The notes under the pieces were generated by a model, which saw only the letters and a program-made list of their open reading frames with translations, did no database searches and was not told the origin of the DNA. A DNA stretch of 64,000 bases from Bacteroidia bacterium (GTDB lineage Bacteria > Bacteroidota > Bacteroidia > AKYH767-A > OLB10): positions 42-64,041 of the forward strand of contig JALRAP010000006.1 of assembly GCA_023262505.1 (NCBI GenBank), read 5' to 3'. The translations under genes were made by a program, and so were the position numbers. Shown in pieces: positions 30,033 to 39,828 of the stretch (position 1 is its first letter; each line of letters opens with the position of its first letter).

Positions 30033-32183
30033 ATGTCTGTTCAATCAAACGTAGAAGTCAACATTGCTAAACAGAAAAGGAATATCACTTGGGTGATGTT
30101 TTTAACCATTCTTTCTCTGGTGTCATATGCGTCATGGAAATGGTATACTACACCAGAAAAGTTTATAGCCGAATCTACGCTATCTGTACCTGGTGAAAAC
30201 ACTCCAGCGGACTTTTGGACTAATACAGGTTTAGTATCAGCCAAAACGAAAGCGACTGCGACCATAAGCAACGAATCGTTCATACAGAAAGCTTTCGAGA
30301 AAACACCTGCACCAGCTATCGCCGTAACGACATATGATTATGCCAATCACACAAAAAGCGAATTGTTCCCATTCACCATATCCGTGAAGCAAGCCCCTTT
30401 TTCCGGCATTGGCAATATGACAATAACTGATGCGGGCGACAGCACATATCTTTTAAAAAACCAGGACTTAAAATCCTTAATAGGAACCTACGGACAAGAT
30501 CTGTCGATTGACGGATTTGTGTTCAATGTTACACGTAAAATCGAATCCATTTCTTTTCCTAAGCCTATTAATACAGAGACAGAATATAAATTCACACTGT
30601 TTTCAAGCCAAGCAGCTACACAATTTCTTTTAAGCGGTGAGGGTGATGTAAAAGTTTCCCAGATAAACGATGTAATTCAAGTCCGCGTTACCTCCATAGG
30701 AGATGAAGCCGCTACCCAGATGGCCAATACTTTGGCAGATGCATACGTGGAGTCTATTGAAAATAACGCAACGGAGGCACAGAGCCAATCCATTCAAAGA
30801 GCTAGCGAACAAGTTACGCCACAAATCCTTGGAAACAATGTCAATGTGACAAGGTTGTTGGATGAACTGAGTTCATTACAAGCACAATTGGAAGCACAAG
30901 ACAATCTTTCAAGAAACATCCGTGAGCGCATCGATGAAAACTACACATCCCTGTCTACCGAAGGCATCGACAACGAGGACATAGATCGCAGCTTCATTAA
31001 GCTGGCGGATTTGTATAAAGGGCTCAGCAATAACCCCGGTGATTCTGAAACGCTTGCCTCGATTGAAAACAGGAAACGGAAAATCGGCAACCTACTCATA
31101 GAAGCAAGAAAAGAAACCGCGCTTCAAATCGAAGAGACCAAAAACGAATTGAAGAAATACGGTCAAACGCAGACTGCGGAGATTTCAGCAGAACAATCGA
31201 CCATTGCTGCTACGATTGACCCTGAGACACAAGAGGCCGCTACATTGATAGCCGCAACAGTTTTGCAAGCCGAGCAAAAGACCAGTCCATGGGCCTGGCT
31301 GACCGCTTTCCTTGGGGTATTATTGGTTTTCCTGGCAAACCGTGTTACGGTATTTGGAAACCGTTACAAAATATTGAAAGACGCGAACACCGAAACCAAA
31401 ACAAACAAGCTGCCGATCACCTATCCCGTTATCACATCAGCGATCAAAAATGCATCGTTAACCCAGCCTGTAGAAAACCTTTGCGCAGACATCCTCTCTC
31501 ATGCCGGTGCAAAAACAATTACCCTTTCATCATGGAGAACGGGCGAAGGGAAAACCTTTGTAGCGACGCGGTTGGCTATGTCGCTAGCTGCCTTGGAAAA
31601 GAAAACTTTGATTATCGACATGAGCTTCCGTAAACCAGCTGTTGCCAACACCATTGGAGCAGAGCCAGATAACTCCGTAAGCGATGTGGTGGCAGGCAGA
31701 TGTGATTTGCTGCAAGCAATTTCAACAACCTCATTACCAGGTTTGGACATGCTGGTTGCGGGTGATTTCGAGCATGGTGTTCGAGGATTTTTATCCTGGA
31801 ACGACCGCGATTCTGCAATGAAGCAATTGCGTAACTATTACGATTATATAATCGTCGATTGTGATGATTTGGCAGGCGGCCCAGAAGCTATTCCGTTTCT
31901 TAAATCAAGCGACATCAATTTATTAATTGATTCAAGTGCTGGGCTGAGCCGTGAAAAGACAGAAAAACTCACATTGTTTGTCACCGAAAAAGAATTGAGC
32001 AATACCTTTGTTGTTCATAACACGATAACGAGAAAGGCCCCGGTAGTTAAGGCAGATAAAAAAGCGGTTAAGCCAATTGAAAGGCCGATTCGTAACACCG
32101 AGGATGAGCATGATTCCAATTCAAGCCTAGAGCGGGCGGAAAAGCCCTCCATTTTGAAACGGGTTGCACTTTGGTTTTTCTGA
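30033..32183 (+). CDS. Polysaccharide co-polymerase / BY-kinase-like protein (Wzc/GumC family, PCP-2b) lacking a C-terminal Tyr cluster
   Basis: N-terminal TM (WVMFLTILSLVSYASW). Coiled-coil periplasmic region. Second TM (WAWLTAFLGVLLVFLA). Cytoplasmic P-loop ATPase with Walker A WRTGEGKTFVATRLA, A' LIIDMSFRKP and B YIIVDCDDLA. The tail is Lys/Glu-rich with no tyrosine cluster. Confidence 0.7.
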   Translation: MSVQSNVEVNIAKQKRNITWVMFLTILSLVSYASWKWYTTPEKFIAESTLSVPGENTPADFWTNTGLVSAKTKATATISNESFIQKAFEKTPAPAIAVTTYDYANHTKSELFPFTISVKQAPFSGIGNMTITDAGDSTYLLKNQDLKSLIGTYGQDLSIDGFVFNVTRKIESISFPKPINTETEYKFTLFSSQAATQFLLSGEGDVKVSQINDVIQVRVTSIGDEAATQMANTLADAYVESIENNATEAQSQSIQRASEQVTPQILGNNVNVTRLLDELSSLQAQLEAQDNLSRNIRERIDENYTSLSTEGIDNEDIDRSFIKLADLYKGLSNNPGDSETLASIENRKRKIGNLLIEARKETALQIEETKNELKKYGQTQTAEISAEQSTIAATIDPETQEAATLIAATVLQAEQKTSPWAWLTAFLGVLLVFLANRVTVFGNRYKILKDANTETKTNKLPITYPVITSAIKNASLTQPVENLCADILSHAGAKTITLSSWRTGEGKTFVATRLAMSLAALEKKTLIIDMSFRKPAVANTIGAEPDNSVSDVVAGRCDLLQAISTTSLPGLDMLVAGDFEHGVRGFLSWNDRDSAMKQLRNYYDYIIVDCDDLAGGPEAIPFLKSSDINLLIDSSAGLSREKTEKLTLFVTEKELSNTFVVHNTITRKAPVVKADKKAVKPIERPIRNTEDEHDSNSSLERAEKPSILKRVALWFF

Positions 32184-32232
32184 AATAATAACGACTGAAA
32201 ACAGGGCCAAGCCCGGAGAAGGGAAGATATCC

Positions 32233-32979
32233 ATGCAACAATTACAACGCAATGAGCTAATCGAGGCCATTGTATCCAACTCAAACAGGTTACAATGTGT
32301 CATTCTGAACCCATGCGGACCGGCAGCAAAACTGCAATCAGACCAATCAACCATTGATTTGTTGGTTGACAAAATCGGTGAGGAAGATTTCCTAGAGTTC
32401 TGTAGGTCGAACAAGTTTGTAAAGGAAATCGTCATCGATAGTCGATTCAAAAGGAAAAAGGTTTCTGTAAAAATGTTGGATGGCTCTGAGGTCAGCCTAA
32501 AGCTGATCCGCGACATGGTGTTGAAGACGCTTTCCACGCTTCCGGTTGATGACATTTTCGAATCCAGCAACGAAAACCAATACGGCATCATGGTGCCTTC
32601 GGTAGAACATCAGTTTGAATACATCCTGATGAAAAGCCAGTTTTCGAAAACGGCGTTCCCCGACAAGTACCAGAAATATTTTTCTTCCATGGACCCTGCT
32701 GTGCGAACGGCCATATTCAGGTACATGCAGTTGAAATACAATTTTGTGTTCAATGTGATTGAAGACCTATACAAGCCCAAAAACTCCTTGCTTTTCAAAA
32801 TCACCATCGGCCTTCGAGCTTTACCCGAGAATTCACTTGCGCGAATGATGTGGCGCGGAGCTCAACTGGTCCTCTGGAACATTGGCAACGTTTTCCGTAG
32901 AAAGACCTTTAGGCTGGGTCCTTTGGTTGAAAACCCTTCAGCTGAAAAATCCAACAAGGCCACAGCTAATTTCATTTGA
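32233..32979 (+). CDS. Hypothetical protein, possibly with a minimal-nucleotidyltransferase-like N-terminus (weak)
   Basis: The internal Met (MQQLQRNELIEAIV) avoids overlap with the previous gene. NPCGPAAKLQSDQSTIDLLVD loosely resembles the Pol-beta NTase GS...D.D motif. The rest is unrecognised. Confidence 0.4.
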   Translation: MQQLQRNELIEAIVSNSNRLQCVILNPCGPAAKLQSDQSTIDLLVDKIGEEDFLEFCRSNKFVKEIVIDSRFKRKKVSVKMLDGSEVSLKLIRDMVLKTLSTLPVDDIFESSNENQYGIMVPSVEHQFEYILMKSQFSKTAFPDKYQKYFSSMDPAVRTAIFRYMQLKYNFVFNVIEDLYKPKNSLLFKITIGLRALPENSLARMMWRGAQLVLWNIGNVFRRKTFRLGPLVENPSAEKSNKATANFI

Positions 32980-32990
32980 AATTATCCGGA

Positions 32991-33626
32991 TCAGTCCTTG
33001 AACCGGTAAAGACTCGACAGCGCTTCATTGCTATTGAATGTAACATCCAGGTCCTTCAGGATGCCGTCATGCACATCGTATACCCAACCGTGTATATATG
33101 GGAAATCGCCACGGCTCCATGATGATTGCACAATACTGGTCTTGCAAAGGTTGTATACCTGCTCCTTCACATTCAACTCCACTAAAAGTCGCGCACGTTT
33201 TTCGGCATCATCAATCGCCTCCAATTGATCCTGGTGGGCACGGTAAACATCCTTGATGTGCCTGAGCCAATTATCGATTACTCCGAAAGACTGGTTTGTC
33301 ATAGCTGCGTTGATGCCGCCACAAGAATAGTGCCCGCAAACCACAATATGCCGGATCTTCAAAACCTCAACGGCATAAGAAAGCACGCTGAGCATATTCA
33401 TATCAGAATGCACCACCATATTGGCGATGTTTCTATGAACGAAAACCTCGCCTGGGGAGGTGCCCGTAATCTGATTGGCTGGAACGCGTGCGTCTGAACA
33501 TCCTATCCACAAAACAATAGGCTGATGTGTCTCACCTAAACGACTAAAATACGTTGGGTCGGTCCTTCTAATCTCTTCAACCCACTTTTGGTTGTTCCCC
33601 AGTAGTTTTTTGACAAATTCAGGCAT
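32991..33626 (-). CDS. can: Beta-class carbonic anhydrase
   Basis: WIGCSDARVP, VCGHYSCGG and the HGWVYDV motif. Confidence 0.9.
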   Translation of the reverse strand: MPEFVKKLLGNNQKWVEEIRRTDPTYFSRLGETHQPIVLWIGCSDARVPANQITGTSPGEVFVHRNIANMVVHSDMNMLSVLSYAVEVLKIRHIVVCGHYSCGGINAAMTNQSFGVIDNWLRHIKDVYRAHQDQLEAIDDAEKRARLLVELNVKEQVYNLCKTSIVQSSWSRGDFPYIHGWVYDVHDGILKDLDVTFNSNEALSSLYRFKD

Positions 33627-33827
33627 AGTCTTACTTGTGTGAATGTTGATAAACCAAAAATAAGATAAAATAAGGACGCTGATAAATAGTCATTTAGAAT
33701 ACTGCTGCTGGATTTTGTTTTAACAAGCGTCGTGAAAACGGACTTTTTCGAGCCAATTCTTACAAATGTAATGTTTTGAGAACCGCGACATATCGTTTGG
33801 GTGCGCAACAGAGTATAAAGCCATGTC

Positions 33828-36791
33828 ATGAGAATAATGACCCCTTTAACTCCGAGGAAACTCCTGCTCACCTGCGTGATGGCTTTAGCTATCACGGTTG
33901 TGGAGGCACAAAACGTTTACACCGTTGCCGGGATAGCTGGCGTTTCCGGCTCCTCTAACGGACAAGGCACATCTGCATCCTTCAACAATCCATACGGCGT
34001 CGCATCCGATAGCCAAGGAAACTTGTTTGTGGCTAATCGCTTTGGAAACACCATCCGCAAAATAGACCCTTCAGGCAATGTGACCACTTATGCCGGAACG
34101 GGCACCCCTGGCGCTACCGATGGTCCAGCCTCATCCGCAACATTCAACGAGCCCTGGGGTATAACCTGTGATTCGCTCGGAAACGTTTACGTTGCCGATA
34201 CCAAGAATTACAAGATTCGGAAAATCAGTGCAAGCGGACAAGTGACTACCGTGGCGGGTATTGGAACGTCTGGTGTCACAAATGGCATTGCCGCCTTGGC
34301 ACAGTTCAGCTACCCAACCGGTATTACCACTACGCCAAACGGAAGCATCATTTATGTGAGTGATAAGATGACCCACACCATCCGCAAGATTGAGAACGGA
34401 CAGGTGAGCACATTTGCTGGAACATCATATTCCATCGGATCTAATGATGGCCAAGGTTTGATAGCCAAATTCTACAATCCAAACGGATTGGCAATCGATG
34501 CCAGCGGAAACCTATATGTTGCGGATGAATCCAATCACAAAATTCGTAAAATCACTCCTGCAGGTTATGTGAGCACCATAGCCGGAAGCGGCTCTGCGGG
34601 TTCAACCGATGGACCAGCCCTACAAGCATCTTTCAACTACCCATGGGGTGTTTGTGTTTTAGAAACTGGTGACATAATTGTGGGCGACAGCGACAACTTC
34701 ACCATTCGAAAGATTTCAGGAGGCGTTGTTTCCGTTTACGCCGGACAAACTGGAATTCCAGGGATGATAAACGGGCCTGTCTTACAATCCACATTCAACG
34801 GCGTGAGTTCTATTTGCCTTAACAAAGCCAATCACCAGGTTTACCTCTGCGATCCCTACAGCCACCTTGTAAGAAAAATCGCACCAATGATGTTGACGCT
34901 GTCTACCAACGGAAACAGTTTTTGTGCTGGTTCGAACGTTAACATACAAGTAACTCCTTCCGGTTTATCAAACTACAAACTGTTTGCAAACGGCGTATTG
35001 GCAGCGACCTCTGCCAATGGTGTTTTTTCCATTTCCACACTGCCGCAAGGACAACAAACATTAACAGCTACAGCAAGTGGTTCGAATGGCACCACCATAT
35101 TGTCGGACCCAATCAGCATCACCATCACACAAGGGCTTAGTGTTTCTGTTGTAGTGGGTGGAAGCAATACCATTTGCATGGGAGATACGGTGACATTGTC
35201 ATCATCCATCCAAGGGACCTACCAATGGTCGAACGGTGCCAACACCCCAACAATACAAGTTACAAATGCCGGTACATATTCGGTAACCGTTACAAACGCA
35301 CTAGGGTGTAGTGGAACATCGGCTCCTCAGCAAATCATGACTCTGCAGCCTCCTGCAGCAACCATTTCATCCATCAGCTCAGCACCAAATTGCCCTGGCG
35401 ACACTGTGTTTTTAACAGCGGGACAAGCTCCACAATACTTGTGGTCGAACGGGGCAACCACGCAATCAATATCCGTAACCAATGCAGGAAGTTTCACGGT
35501 TTTGGTTTCTAATGCCGCAGGGTGTTCGGCAACATCCATGGCAATGACGGTGAACTATCATCCAGTCACCAACTCCACCATAACACCTTCTGGCAACGTT
35601 TTGGTGGTACAGGGTAGTCAAGCCACATTAACCGCTGGTACGGGAACAGCATACCTATGGTCTAACGGCAGTGCATCGCAAAGCATCTCGGTTTCAGCAG
35701 CAGGCACATACACCGTTACTGTTACTGACAACAACGGCTGCGTATCAACTCCAGCAAGTGTAAGCGTGTCATACTTGTCGGCAAACAACTTGGTGACCAC
35801 ACAAGGAGCTACATCGTTCTGTAAAGGCGATTCGGTTATGCTGACATCCGCTTTCAATAGTTACAACCAATGGTATCGCAATGGAAGCCCCATTGCCGGT
35901 GCAACATCCAATACATACACTGCAAAACAGAGCGGTGCTTATCAACTGCGGTATGCTCCGCCCACCTCAACAGCCGTGTTTTCAGACACCATCCGAGTAG
36001 AAGTATTGGCGCTACCCAACACGCTAAACGTGATAGCAAACGGTGTTTGTCCATTCTCAACTTCCACAATCGAGATCGTGCCTGTTACTGGTATCAGCTA
36101 CGCTTGGTACGACGAGCCACAGGGTGGAAGCCTGGTGCAAGTTGGCACCTCGTTCACTACTCCTGTTCTTGATGAGACCGCTTCTTATTATGTTTTACAA
36201 ACCAACAGTTATGGCTGTGTGGCTGAACAAACCATAGAAGTTGTTGCAACCGTATTTGATGCTCCCGAAGCGGACTTCAGCTATGCTGCTGCCAGCTCCA
36301 GCTCAGCCGGATATTTGGTGTCGTTTGAATCCGATAATGTTGCAGGTGTGACTTATGATTGGGATTTCGGGGATATCGGATCCGCCAGCAACAACTCTAC
36401 GCTGCCTTCGCCAGACCACGTTTATCCGAATACGGGTATCTATCGTGTGACTTGTATCGCCACCAATACAACGGGCTGCAGCGATACCACCGAACTGGAC
36501 GTACGCGTGGCTCTACCAGACAACATTTTCATTCCGAACTCCTTCACCCCCGACAACGACGGACAAAACGACCTGTTCCGTGTGCGTGGTAACAACATCC
36601 TGTATGCAGACATGTCGGTGTTTGACCAGTGGGGTAAGAACATTTGGAATGCCGAAAAAACAGAAACCGGTTGGGACGGTCAATCCCCGAAAGGAACCGT
36701 ACCCGTAGGAACCTATAACTATGCCATCAAAGTTTATCTTGATAATGGTGCAACCAGTTATCACAGAGGCAGTATAAACCTGATACGCTAA
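33828..36791 (+). CDS. T9SS type-B cargo: NHL-repeat beta-propeller, SprB Ig-like repeats, PKD domain, CHU_C (gliding-motility-associated) C-terminal domain
   Basis: Six ...G.....FN.P.G.A.D..GN.YVAD..N..IRKI repeats. Repeated YLWSNGATTQSISV...G.YTVTVTD.NGC SprB repeats. VTYDWDFGD...HVY...G.Y.V looks like a PKD domain. The tail IFIPNSFTPDNDGQNDLFRV...VFDQWGKNIW...WDGQ...GTYNYAIKV matches CHU_C. Confidence 0.8.
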   Translation: MRIMTPLTPRKLLLTCVMALAITVVEAQNVYTVAGIAGVSGSSNGQGTSASFNNPYGVASDSQGNLFVANRFGNTIRKIDPSGNVTTYAGTGTPGATDGPASSATFNEPWGITCDSLGNVYVADTKNYKIRKISASGQVTTVAGIGTSGVTNGIAALAQFSYPTGITTTPNGSIIYVSDKMTHTIRKIENGQVSTFAGTSYSIGSNDGQGLIAKFYNPNGLAIDASGNLYVADESNHKIRKITPAGYVSTIAGSGSAGSTDGPALQASFNYPWGVCVLETGDIIVGDSDNFTIRKISGGVVSVYAGQTGIPGMINGPVLQSTFNGVSSICLNKANHQVYLCDPYSHLVRKIAPMMLTLSTNGNSFCAGSNVNIQVTPSGLSNYKLFANGVLAATSANGVFSISTLPQGQQTLTATASGSNGTTILSDPISITITQGLSVSVVVGGSNTICMGDTVTLSSSIQGTYQWSNGANTPTIQVTNAGTYSVTVTNALGCSGTSAPQQIMTLQPPAATISSISSAPNCPGDTVFLTAGQAPQYLWSNGATTQSISVTNAGSFTVLVSNAAGCSATSMAMTVNYHPVTNSTITPSGNVLVVQGSQATLTAGTGTAYLWSNGSASQSISVSAAGTYTVTVTDNNGCVSTPASVSVSYLSANNLVTTQGATSFCKGDSVMLTSAFNSYNQWYRNGSPIAGATSNTYTAKQSGAYQLRYAPPTSTAVFSDTIRVEVLALPNTLNVIANGVCPFSTSTIEIVPVTGISYAWYDEPQGGSLVQVGTSFTTPVLDETASYYVLQTNSYGCVAEQTIEVVATVFDAPEADFSYAAASSSSAGYLVSFESDNVAGVTYDWDFGDIGSASNNSTLPSPDHVYPNTGIYRVTCIATNTTGCSDTTELDVRVALPDNIFIPNSFTPDNDGQNDLFRVRGNNILYADMSVFDQWGKNIWNAEKTETGWDGQSPKGTVPVGTYNYAIKVYLDNGATSYHRGSINLIR

Positions 36792-36795
36792 GCGG

Positions 36796-38982
36796 ATGAA
36801 AAGGCTTTCGATTATAGCTGCTTTGATATTTACCCTGTGCCAGGCCAAGGCTCAGGATATTCGCTATTCTCAATTCTTTAACAACCCGCTTACATTCAAT
36901 CCCGCCCTTACCGGATCGGGCATTGAAAACCTCAGAGCCACATTGTCTTACCGCAGACAAGAGGCCGGACCTGCCACGCCATTTGCCACTAAAGGCTTCT
37001 CCATCGACAAATCTGTTGGGCGATTCGGATTAGGGTTCACCGTAAATAGTAACGGAGCCGGTGATGCGTCTATCAAAACCTTGCAGTTGGCAGGAAGCTT
37101 ATCATACGGCGTTCCTTTCGGATACAAGGGTAGCAACCGCATTACGGCTGGACTACAACTTGGGGCGATTAATAAATCGTTGAACCCCTCTAAGCTTACA
37201 TTTGACAACCAGTTCAACGAAGACTTGGGTTACGATCCCAATATTTCTTCCGGAGAAACCTTTGAGAACACCAGCATCATTCGACCAGGACTAAACATGG
37301 GTTTGTTTTGGAAGCGCGAAGGCCGAAAAAAGGACAACATCAAACCCTTTTTAGGTTATGGGTTGATGAACGTGAACCGCCCAGACGTGTCCTTCTTCGG
37401 AGAAGATGTACGCGTTCCTATCAAGCATGTGGTTCACGCCGGAGCCGACATCCGTATCAACGAAGAATTGGTTTTGAAACCTAATGTTTACCATTTTGAG
37501 CAAGGTCCGTTCAATGAAACGGGTTTTGGTGTTTTGGGTGCGTATCGAAATAACGAGCACCATGAAATTCAAGCAGGCGTTTTTGGCAAAGCCGGAAAGG
37601 CCATGGTGGTGTATGCCGGTTACCAGGTAGACCGCTTCCTAGTGGGTATGAGTTATGATGTGATGACCGGACAAGTGCGAGATGCAGGCAGGGGATATGG
37701 CGCATTTGAATTGTCGCTCACTTGGACTCCACGCGCCAAAGAAAAAGCACAAAAGCCCATCGAAGAGAAAAAGAAAGAACAGCCGCGCAAGGAGGACCCA
37801 AAGAAAAACGAGACTAAGAAAAAAGAAGTGGCGGTTGTAGAAAAACCAAAGCCTGTAGTCGTTGATACCGTGAGCTCGATCAAAAATGTAGTTAACCCAG
37901 AAGCAGAAACAAAAGCAACGGTTCAAGAAATCAAACATCAGCCGACAATAGAACCCGCACCGATTGTTGAGGTTCCTAAACCTACACCAGCTGTTGTGAT
38001 TCCAGAGGTAAAACCCGAACCATTGGTGGTGGCACCGAGTGAAGCGGTTGAGCCGAAAGCCGTGGAGTTAACCCATACCGATTTAGTGGTGACTCCAGTT
38101 ATTAATGCTCCTGCCGTTGAGCCGGTAATAGAAAAGCCAGAAGAGACTACACCGGCTATAGCCGTTGATCCAATAATACAAAAGCCAGAAGAGACTACAC
38201 CAGCTATAGCCGTTGTTGAACAACCTATCAAGCCTGTGGTAGATATCCCAGTGGCTGAGGCGGTAAAAGAAACACCGGCTGAAATAACACCTACTCCAAC
38301 CGTAGAGGAACCAGTAACAAAAACAGCAGAAAACCCCGTTAAGGAAACCATAGCCAAAGAAGAGGTTATAGTTGACCAAAAACCTGCTCCTTCTGTGTTC
38401 ACTCCAATTGTACCGAACAACAAAATCGTGTCGCCCGATTCAGACGGTGATGGTGTAAATGATTTCGAAGACCCATGTCCATTCATCAAAGGGTCGTTAG
38501 CAACCCGTGGTTGTCCTGATTCAGACGAAGATGGCATTGTGGATATGGTTGATTTCTGTCCACTGGAAAGCGGTCCGAAATCAAACGGTGGTTGTCCGCT
38601 TAAAGATGTACGCAACGAAAACGACCAGCACGTGATTGGTTCCTTTGACCATGTGTTGTTCAATACCGGATCCGTATCGCTTTCGATAGATAACACCTAC
38701 GACATCATTGAACGCGCGGTGGAGATGCTTTACATGGACAAAAACACTTACGTGTTGGTTTCCGGACACACCGACGCAGAGGGTGACGCAGCTTCCAATA
38801 TGGAGTTGTCGCAGTTACGCGCCAACAAGGTAATGGACTACTTCGTGCGACAAGGCATTAAGGAGTCGCGGATCAAAACCATTCCTTATGGAGAGAACAT
38901 GCCAATTTCAGGAAACAGTTCTGAAGCAACCCGTAAGTTGAACAGGCGTGTTGAGATCACGGTTTTGAAGCGAGGCAATTAA
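36796..38982 (+). CDS. PorP/SprF-family T9SS membrane protein fused to a Pro/Glu/Val-rich linker, TSP3 calcium-binding repeats and a C-terminal OmpA domain
   Basis: N-terminus AQDIRYSQFFNNPLTFNPALTGS is the PorP/SprF signature. The linker PVVVDTVSS...PEETTPAIAV carries a 16-aa tandem repeat. DSDGDGVNDFEDPCP and DSDEDGIVDMVDFCP are TSP3-like. The OmpA motifs are SGHTDAEGDAASNMELSQLRA...NRRVEI. Confidence 0.8.
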   Translation: MKRLSIIAALIFTLCQAKAQDIRYSQFFNNPLTFNPALTGSGIENLRATLSYRRQEAGPATPFATKGFSIDKSVGRFGLGFTVNSNGAGDASIKTLQLAGSLSYGVPFGYKGSNRITAGLQLGAINKSLNPSKLTFDNQFNEDLGYDPNISSGETFENTSIIRPGLNMGLFWKREGRKKDNIKPFLGYGLMNVNRPDVSFFGEDVRVPIKHVVHAGADIRINEELVLKPNVYHFEQGPFNETGFGVLGAYRNNEHHEIQAGVFGKAGKAMVVYAGYQVDRFLVGMSYDVMTGQVRDAGRGYGAFELSLTWTPRAKEKAQKPIEEKKKEQPRKEDPKKNETKKKEVAVVEKPKPVVVDTVSSIKNVVNPEAETKATVQEIKHQPTIEPAPIVEVPKPTPAVVIPEVKPEPLVVAPSEAVEPKAVELTHTDLVVTPVINAPAVEPVIEKPEETTPAIAVDPIIQKPEETTPAIAVVEQPIKPVVDIPVAEAVKETPAEITPTPTVEEPVTKTAENPVKETIAKEEVIVDQKPAPSVFTPIVPNNKIVSPDSDGDGVNDFEDPCPFIKGSLATRGCPDSDEDGIVDMVDFCPLESGPKSNGGCPLKDVRNENDQHVIGSFDHVLFNTGSVSLSIDNTYDIIERAVEMLYMDKNTYVLVSGHTDAEGDAASNMELSQLRANKVMDYFVRQGIKESRIKTIPYGENMPISGNSSEATRKLNRRVEITVLKRGN
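38123..38218 (+). repeat. 48-bp (16-aa) tandem repeat x2 inside the PorP-OmpA linker
   Basis: aaaagccagaagagactacacc(g/a)gctatagccgttg occurs at 38132-38167 and 38180-38215. It encodes (V/I)I(E/Q)KPEETTPAIAV. Confidence 0.8.
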
Positions 38983-39692
38983 GCCTTTACGTGCTCTTTT
39001 GCCAAATAAAACACCGTTGCCACATCGATACTGATAACGTTTTTGCCTACGGCAATGTACCCTTTGTCTTCTAAAAACAAATGCACGGGGTTATCAGAAA
39101 CATCATGAAGCGAGGTTACGCCATTCAATTCAACTGCGAAAATAGATGGCCTGTGCAAATTGAAGTTGAATCCCGATAACACATCCATTTCATGGCCCTC
39201 GGTGTCTATGCTGACAAAATCGATATGGGTGTTTGCCGGGATATGTTTCTTTTGAATTTCTTCAAAGCGCACCACAGGGACTTCGGCTGTTGAGGTTATC
39301 TTGTCCTCCATGCGACACGCTCGCAGGGTTTCCAATGAAAACGTGTTCATGCCTGGCTCGGATTCCAGCATGTAGTATTTCAGGTTTCCCGTTTGAGCTC
39401 CTATTCCGGTCTCCAAGTTTATGTCGTGAGGTCGGGCTGCACTGAATTTCTCTATGCTTCCAGGCCGTGCATCGATGTTGATGCCGCGCCATCCAAGTCG
39501 GTAAAAATAGTATGTGTTAGATCCTACCATAGGATCGAAGGCTCCGATGTCGACAAAGAACCCTGTTCCTTGCTTTCCGATTTGACGTAACAGAGATGTG
39601 ATGACTAGCTCCTCGCCACACTGGCTAAAGCAATTCTTGGTCATGAACACACTCGGAAAAACCCTTTTGGCTACTGCATTGAATAGACCCAT
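38979..39692 (-). CDS. FkbM-family methyltransferase
   Basis: GFFVDIGAFDPMVGSNTYYF and IDFVSIDTEGHEMDVLSGF resemble the FkbM SAM-methyltransferase domain. Confidence 0.65.
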   Translation of the reverse strand: MGLFNAVAKRVFPSVFMTKNCFSQCGEELVITSLLRQIGKQGTGFFVDIGAFDPMVGSNTYYFYRLGWRGINIDARPGSIEKFSAARPHDINLETGIGAQTGNLKYYMLESEPGMNTFSLETLRACRMEDKITSTAEVPVVRFEEIQKKHIPANTHIDFVSIDTEGHEMDVLSGFNFNLHRPSIFAVELNGVTSLHDVSDNPVHLFLEDKGYIAVGKNVISIDVATVFYLAKEHVKA

Positions 39693-39828
39693 ATTGTGGT
39701 TATGTGGTTATGTGGTTAATCACGAAAATAGTAAAGCAGAGTTATTGCCAAACCGATAGAGCTCGACTTGTTTGAAATATAGCTGTCGGTTATTGCCATA
39801 ATCCTATATTTGTTGGAAATTGTAACCG

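Noticed and set aside
37938-38696. 252-aa Ser/Gly/Thr-rich minus ORF and several other antisense ORFs (37639-38379)
   Set aside because: Antisense to the Pro/Glu/Val-rich linker of the PorP-OmpA gene. Compositional artefact.
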